A DNA stretch of 64,000 bases from Histomonas meleagridis 2922-C6/04-290x (lineage: Eukaryota > Protista > Parabasalia), in NCBI GenBank assembly GCA_020184695.1, contig JAANOX010000276.1, positions 62,001 to 126,000 of the forward strand. Reading direction: 5' to 3'. A program made the position numbers and the translations under genes. Below the pieces are notes generated by a model. That model was given only the letters and a program-made list of their open reading frames with translations. It did no database searches and was not told the DNA's origin. Positions 56,800 to 64,000 of this stretch are shown here, in pieces (position 1 is the first letter of the stretch; each line of letters begins with the position of its first letter).

Positions 56800-58445
56800 A
56801 AATTAATTTAATTCATTATTTTGAAATATTAAATTATTAAAACAAGTAAATATCTTGAGCATTGATATCAATTCCTTCTTGTTCAAGAAGTAATTTAACA
56901 ATTTCTATATGACCATTTTTAGATGCTAAGTGCTGTTTCATGTTTGGGATAAATTCCAAATATTCCTTTGAAATATTAAATTATTAAAACAAATAGTAAA
57001 TTAAACAAATAAATATTTCTAATATTAATATCAATTCCTTCTTGTTCAAGAAGTAATTTAACGATTTCTGTATGGCCTCTTGATGATGCTTTTATAAGTG
57101 CTGTTTCTACTTATTCAATATTTCCTGATTCTGCGGAAAAAATCAAGATGTCAACTGGAAGCTGATTTGTTTTTAGAAAATATTTTGTTAGAAATAAATT
57201 ACCTGTTCTTGATTCTATTATAATGAATCATCAATTTTCATTCCTTCTTCTTGTAAAAATGATAAAATTTCATAATTATAATGTAAAATACATTTCTTCT
57301 CTAACTTCTTGATGCTTTTGTTTTTTATTATTTGGTTTTCATAAATAAATATACCTTCATCGCGGAGACTATACAAACAATGGATTACTCAGAATCAGGC
57401 CAATAGTTCGGGAGATTAATAGATATAATAGTCCCCGTGATTATTATAATTATTTTGGCTTTAAGAACAGTATACAGGAACCAATACATTTAGCAGTATA
57501 CAAGAATCATTGGTTTGTATATGAAGAAACACCGTTTAATGATAATCTTGTAATAGCTGCTAAAAGAAATCTCAATAGTATACGCTTGGTAGTCGAATTG
57601 GAAAAAAGGGGTTTAATTAAACTAAGAACTATGTAAATTTTTTTTTTATTTAATAACCATAAGGGGTACCATTAGCATAATATTTCAATCCGTTGTGTAA
57701 ATCTAATGTGAAATAAGTATCTCGACATATGAATAGTTGTGGTGGAGGTGAATGATTTCCAGCATCAATCAATGAAACATCATATACATGAATATGTAAT
57801 GGTATATCTTTATTGTTAATGAATGAATATCTTTCAAAAATTGATGGCTCAATTTTCTGATTAAAATCAAAATTATTTTGTGATGACATTTCTTGAAGCT
57901 TTTCAATTTCATCATTTCGAATTATTTTTGAAATTTCATTCGGATTAACTCCTTCTTCAAAATATTTCTTATAAAGTTTCCAATTGTTCTTTGAAAGTTA
58001 TGCATAATTTTCTTTGATTTGATCAATGTATTTATAAAATTTCGATTTTTTAATAAATTGATCAAGTTTTTCATTTGAAACATAATGTATAAAATATGGT
58101 GTTATTTTATTTTGATAAATTGTTGATTTGACGAAATTGTTTTTAATTAAGTGATTAAGGAGATAACTTGATTCTTTAGTATTTTTATTCGGAAGAAATT
58201 TTGCAAATATTTCAAATATTTGGTTATTTTCTTCAAAAATTTTTAATTTCTTTCATAAAATCAATATATATATCAAAACAATTTATTCTAGCAACAAAAA
58301 ACGAATATAATATTTGACTTATCATAATATATAAAGAATAAATGTAATTTTCACTAAAATTATTTATTATCAAGCCTGCTGATTGTGCAATATTTCCTTT
58401 GTCTAAATTGAAAACTATTTGTTGAACTGATAAAAGTATTTCCAT
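56800..58445 (-). pseudogene. DUF3447 + ankyrin-repeat pseudogene
   Basis: ATG 58445, then NPNEISKIIRNDEIEKLQ...KIEPSIFER (DUF3447-like), then ETALIKASSRGHTEIVKLLLEQEGIDIN and ASKNGHIEIVKLLLEQEGIDINAQD. Several stops, indels and deletions. Confidence 0.75.
57361..57815. mobile_element. Foreign insert holding 3' ends of two convergent ORFs, possibly Maverick/Polinton-like
   Basis: Stop-free + frame 57361-57636 (EPIHLAVYKNHWFVYEET) and - frame ~57815-57650 (IHVYDVSLIDAGNH...GTPYGY) replace part of DUF3447. The origin is recalled similarity only. Confidence 0.4.
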
Positions 58446-58587
58446 TTCATTTTGATTTTTTGCTTCGCTTTTCTGATTAATGTTTGTACATTCTGAAAAC
58501 CGAAAAATAGATAAAATTCAGGATTAAAAAAAAATGATTAAAACTTAAATTTATTGTTTACTGAGGAAAAAGTTCAATGAACACTTT

Positions 58588-58956
58588 TTACAAATGTTTA
58601 ATAATATTATCTTCTTGAAAATCTTTCTCAAATGGATCATTTTCAATGTTTGGAATAGGTAAAATTGTTTCGATTTCGTTAATGTTATTAATTTCTTCTT
58701 CTTCTTTAGATGTATCCGTTCTTATTTTGCCTCGTTGATGATGAACAAGGAAAATGATCAGTCCAACAACAATGAAAACAAATGCAATGCCGCCACAAAT
58801 GCATCCAATCAAAAGACTGGTGGTGAAGTTCGATTTTTGGAGTTGTTGTCCTTCACTATAAAGTGTAATGAAATATTGTGAAAAATATGTGAAATATGTC
58901 GAATATCGAACAATCGTATAATTATAATATATCATTACAACTTCGCTATAAATATA
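58588..58956 (-). pseudogene. 3' fragment (stalk end, TM, tail) of surface-protein copy C, truncated by mariner
   Basis: Near-identical to copy A 35648-35879, followed by a copy-B-like tail; homology stops at the TA next to the transposon end. Confidence 0.88.
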
Positions 58957-59670
58957 TAGGGGGTGGAAAAAGTCTTTGCGTGCGAATTTTTTTATTCAAA
59001 ATAATTAAGTAAATATTTTTTTAATTATTGCTAATTAATGTACTCCCCTTGGTTTTCAATTACCATGAAAAGTCGGTACATCCATTCATTATACACGGAT
59101 TTAAATATATCTTTTTGGTATATTGTATAGCAATTCAGTCACTTTTTCCAAAAGTTCATTTTCATCCTGAAATTCACATCCTTCTAGTAACTTTTTAACA
59201 TACCCAAAGAGAAAAAAGTCCGAAGGAGCTAGATCCGGTGAGTACGGAGGATGATCAAGTCTTTTTATGCCTAAATCATTGAATTTTTGAGCAACCAAAT
59301 GTGGTCTTGCATTATCTAAATGTAAAAAGTATCCTTTTTGTTTCGATTTTTGAGCTAAATCTTCAAGAACAACTTCCGCAAAAAACTCCCTATTAAATTT
59401 TCTATCGAGCGGAAGCATTGTAATTGATTTAATACCTGTTATTCCCCAAATAACAGATATCATTGCTTTTTTCGCTCCAATAGTTTGTTTGACTTTTTGC
59501 GGACAAGGCTGCCCCGATTCTAACCACATTGTATTTCTAGGGTTTACAAAGTATACCCATGTTTCATCTTGTGTAAGAATCATCCTTATCTTTCGCTCGT
59601 TTGCAGTTGGGTACTCTCCAAGCAAAAGGGAAAATTTGAATACCTTCCTCTCAAAAAGTGGAAATGCCTT
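58957..59670 (-). mobile_element. 5'-truncated mariner transposon with one TIR
   Basis: QDETW, HLDNARPH and YSPDLAPSDF motifs. A frameshift in an A5 run near 59112 restores IPKDIFKSVYNEWMYRLFMVIENQGEYIN* ending at 59031. TIR-like TAGGGGGTGGAAAAAGT follows a TA target. Confidence 0.9.
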
Positions 59671-61139
59671 TCAATTATGCGTGATTTTTTGAATAGCATT
59701 GAAAAATTTTCATTCAAAATATTTTTGTGAGAAAATATTCCTTCTCAAATTCGATTTCTATGTTCTACATTTTTTGACATAAAAATTTCTGAAAATTTAT
59801 AAATTGCCATTGTATTTTTTAAATAATTTTAAATTATTCGATATTTTTCAATTTTAATATGACAAATATGCACTGACACGCAACATTCTCAGATATAATA
59901 TATTTATCGAACTCAATATTTATAATGATAATATATATTAAATTCGTTTCCGAAATTCGGTCATAGGTATACTGGGAAGATATAAGAACTAGCCATTAAA
60001 AATACATAATATATGCACATAATTGAGGATATTAATTAATATAAATATGAAATAATATTCATGATAAGTCAAGATAAATTTTTTTTCATTTTTAAAAGTG
60101 ACAAATATCACTTTTGTATGGTTTATTTTCGTCGGTGCGCCGATGGTAAACGATATGACCAATAGATGCAAGATAAATGAGCAATAAATAAACATATTTC
60201 TTGATCAATTCATTGCAAATAAAGTAAAAATTACCCAAAAATATCATTAATCATTATTTGAAATAAAAATATATGAGGAGGGGGGTGGGGGTAAAAAAAG
60301 AACGACCCTTTTATCTCGACTTCTATTCAATAAAAATTATTTTTAAATTATATCATATTTAAATATTCATTATTAAATCTAAATATGTGAGCATTATGTT
60401 CATCATGTCCAAATGCAATTGTTTTCAATCATTAAATTTTCTTTATAGACATTTAGAAATATTGCCAAATTGCATAATTATTGGTAGAGGAATGACATTA
60501 AATTCGATGAAGAAGTTATGTTTATATTAGATATATTAAATATACTATTAGTTAAAAAACCAATTTGTTACACTATCTATTGCATAATTCGAAGAATTGA
60601 GAATTTTTCTCCTGAGTTAGATTAGTTATGGTCATTTGAGTGATATTTGAAACTAATAATTTAGCGTATTTCAGAAAGAAGATTGAAATATTATCAAGTT
60701 TTTTAAGCACAAAATATAATATCTTATATACTCAGTACCAAAAACAAATAAAGATCATGAAACTGGATTCTGCAATATATTTATTAATATATTACCACAT
60801 ATAAGTAAACATGCAAACGAATTAGATAAAACGAGACTAATAATAAGAGTAATTAAAGATTACATTAATATTATATATATTTTTAATATCATAATTTAAA
60901 TTCCATTGAAAACAAAAAATCGGAAGACACAATCAACAATAAAAAAAACGTACATAAATATCTACAACAAAGAACAAACATAAAATATTATATAACGAGT
61001 TAAATATTACTAAAATACATCAGATAATGAGATAACTCATTATTATAATAATTAATACAATGAACAACACATGTGTTGATAATTTAATTTATTATTGTTG
61101 ATGATGCGAAATCATTTATTGTAAGTCATAATAAATCAA

Positions 61140-62781
61140 AAAGATACAACAATTTTATGCAACAAATTATTATCAAAAACCAATTTATCACTGAAATGAT
61201 TCATTAATAAATTATGATTCATTATTGCATTAATGGAATAATCTTCTATTATAATAATTCCAAGAACAGTGAAACTATGGCAATAACAATTCCTGTAATT
61301 GCACTTGGATGAAGCTTTGTACCATTACTATGGCTCAATGGGCATACATCGCTTATTTTGTTACCCTTGGTAACATTGATCTCTGCAAAAGTGCTTTTTA
61401 GAATATTCATTTGTTACATAAATAGTTGGACTATCAAATGTTGTATTATAACACGATGGTTCATTCTTACCATAGAAGCAAACAATTTCAAGACTCATGC
61501 ATGAACTAAAAAGCATAGTTATCTATCACATTAATGTTCTCTGGAATGATAACTTTCTTAATGCTATTGCAATTGATAAATGCGCCTAATCCAATCGTTC
61601 TTACTGAGCTGGGAATATCAATACTAGAAATCAAAGAACAACCTTCAAATGCATATTCTTGGATTGCTAATATGGTTTTTGGAATTACAACATCACCTGA
61701 TTTTCCAGAAGGGCAAAATATTAATTTAGTAATATTTTTGTTATATACAATTCCGTCATTGTTATAATTGGAGTAATATACATTATTTAGTGAGATGGTT
61801 ACAGATACTAAATTTGGACAATTTTGAAATGCAAATAGACCAATTGAAACCACTGAGTCTGGAATATTGACATTGTGGAACAAACATCCATAAAACTGGA
61901 AGTCTTGTAATACTGTGATTGAATTGGGAATACTTAAATTTGTCAACAAAGAACAATTAATGAACGAAAAGACACCAATTGATTTTTTACAGAATTGGGG
62001 ATATTTATATTTGTAATAAGAAAAACAATCCTCAAATGCATAATCTTCAATTAATTGAACAGAACTAGGAATATTAACAATACCTTCTACTACTTAGGGA
62101 CATAATATTACTTTTTGATATGTTTTTTTATCATAAACAATTCCATCATTATTATAATTCGAATAGATTTCATTATTTTCAGAGATTTTAATTGCCTTTA
62201 ATTTTGTGCATGCATCAAATGCAGATTCATTAATTAGGGAAACTGAAGAAGAAATTTCAATTTGCTCTAAATTTAAACACCTATAAAACGCAAATTCTTG
62301 AATTTTTTCAACAGAATCTGGAATTATAACATTTGTTATCTGCCTGCAATCAGAAAAAGAGGAATATCCTATTGATTTTACAGAATTGGGGATATTTATA
62401 TTTGTAATAAGAAAACAATCCTCAAATGCATAATCTTCAATTAATTGAACAGAACTAGGAATATTGACAATACCTTCTACTGCTGATGGACATAATATTA
62501 CTTTTTGATATGTTTTTTTATCATAAACAATTCCATCATTATTATAATTCGAATAGATTTCATTATTTTTCAGAGATTTTAATTGCCTTTAATTTTTGTG
62601 CATGCATCAAATAAAAAGCATGGCTATCAATCACAAATACATTGCTCCCAATTTGCAGTTTTGAAAAATGACCAATGGTTTCAATATCATCTCGTGTAAT
62701 AGTTGAAACATTAAAGACTTTAAGAGTATCATTTTCGAGAATAAAGTTACAGCATGTGAAAATAGGAAGAAGGTAAAACAT
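61140..62781 (-). pseudogene. BspA-like LRR_5 surface protein pseudogene
   Basis: Signal peptide from ATG 62781, many xxIPxSVxxIxxxAFxxC repeats and a TM at ~61250-61310; multiple frameshifts and stops. Confidence 0.85.
61979..62612. repeat. Internal direct duplication (~240 bp): 61979-62220 and 62371-62612
   Basis: Nearly identical blocks differing by four homopolymer-length changes and a few substitutions. Confidence 0.9.
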
Positions 62782-62830
62782 GTATAAAAATAAATGCCAT
62801 CTTTGGCAAATTTAAAATTCAATTGTTCAA

Positions 62831-63228
62831 ATGTTTTTCTTGATCCCTATTATCATTGTTGCCAGACAATCAACAGAAAATAATGAGGAAAACAGTGCTA
62901 AGCCAGGACTTTTAGTTAATGTTAAAGGAGATCTTGATTTCAACGAATTAATAGATCAAATCAGCAAAATAGTAGGTTTCTTGCTAACAGCAAAAAATGA
63001 AATTCCAACAAATGGAGGTGGTAGATTTATTACAGGTGTTGATTCCGGTAATGTTTATGCATTTTTTTTACCATCCGTCAAAGAGACACAGAGTTTCATG
63101 TAGACCAGGACATGGCCAAAGAATTCAACCAAAAGATCCAGTATGGTTTGAGGCAAATGAATGGGCCTATGTTATTCTTAAATCAGCCTGGTATGGAGGT
63201 AATCGATGCTGAGTATGATGATGAATAA
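62831..63228 (+). pseudogene. Lactococcin 972-family bacteriocin-like secreted protein with two +1 indels
   Basis: Joining ORFs 62831-63103 and 62997-63212 at the T8 run (63062-63069) gives GGRFITGVDSGNVYAFFYHPSKRHRVSC...ANEWAYV...GGNRC. One more +1 correction at ~63207-63212 gives YDDE*. Confidence 0.75.
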
Positions 63229-63619
63229 ATCTAGATTAAGTGTAAGAACTTCAATCGATTTATTTAATTTTTAATAATTAAATAATTTTTAAATATATTT
63301 TAAAAAAATTTTTAATATTATTTTATATTATTTAATGTTTTTTTATAATGTTTTATGTTATTACCATATAATAATTTAGCTATTTAAAAAAATATTATTC
63401 GATTTTTGATAAAAATGCCATTTTTGCTAAAAAAAATGCCATTATAATCCAAAATTTCATCAAAATATTTGCATGTAGGAATACAACAGATTATTTTAAA
63501 ATGTATATTGTTGATTGAAAACATGTGTTTTGATCAGAATTATTCTAATATTGAATAAAAAATATTATTTTTTTGATATATTAATTTGGGAATTGTATGA
63601 AAAAATAATATAATGATAG

Positions 63620-64000
63620 CCTAACATAAATTTATGTTATGTACATGCATAAAGCTTCATCAAATTTGTGTATTTTCACTTGTTTATTCATGCTTTTTCA
63701 TATTATCAAATGTTTTATCATGTTCATTCATGTTGTTCTATCTTATCTTGTGCTTATTCATGTTTTTTCTCATTATAAAACTTTTTTTTTTTTTTCTCAT
63801 TTGTATTAATAATTTTTTATGTTTGTTCACATAATTTCATATTTATTCGTGTTATATAATGTTTATAAATTAATTTTGAATGTTATCTCATGATTTTCTA
63901 TGTTATCTCATGTTATATCATATTTATTAATGTTTTTTCATATTATCTCATGATTTAATATGTTGATTCATGTTTATTCATGTTTTTCATTTTTATCTGA
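63620..64000. repeat. Degenerate 10-bp satellite (minus-strand consensus ~ATGARWAAAC), continuing past the window end
   Basis: Units such as atgaataaac, atgagataac, atgaaaaaac and atgatataac in register; roughly 35 units. Confidence 0.8.

Noticed and set aside
1-64000. tRNA, rRNA, spliceosomal snRNA, CRISPR array or telomeric repeat
   Set aside because: No T-loop/cloverleaf, rRNA or snRNA signature, repeat-spacer array or telomere motif was found by eye.

Overview
This is AT-rich, gene-dense eukaryotic DNA from a parabasalid (Trichomonas/Tritrichomonas/Histomonas group). The assignment rests on a parabasalid-type alpha-tubulin, an IBP39-type initiator-binding protein, BspA-like surface proteins, DUF3447-ankyrin remnants and Inr/M3/M5 core promoter motifs. 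The species cannot be fixed from sequence alone. About 1-56.5 kb is mostly housekeeping genes: E2F, alpha-tubulin, two Rabs, a sphingomyelinase-like enzyme, CNOT11, V-ATPase G, HMG-box, rpS7, kelch, dynamin, clathrin light chain-like, Nup107-like, reticulon-like, HAD and a 4080-aa axonemal dynein. A tandem pair of modular BspA surface genes lies at 34.6-38.1 kb. About 56.5-64 kb is a decaying accessory zone with an ankyrin pseudogene carrying a foreign insert, a surface-gene tail cut by a mariner, a BspA pseudogene and a 10-bp satellite. There are two strongest unannotated signals. (1) A signal-peptide-bearing lactococcin-972-family bacteriocin-like gene at 62831-63228, hidden by two +1 indels. 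(2) A box C/D snoRNA (snR56/U25-like guide) filling almost an entire 92-nt spliceosomal intron of an apparently non-coding host transcript at 11471-11562. Also notable are domain-swapped surface-gene copies, same-position non-GT-AG spacers in ankyrin repeats, candidate non-AUG starts and a Cys-rich secreted protein with a single in-frame stop. All family assignments come from motif recognition by eye; no database searches were run.
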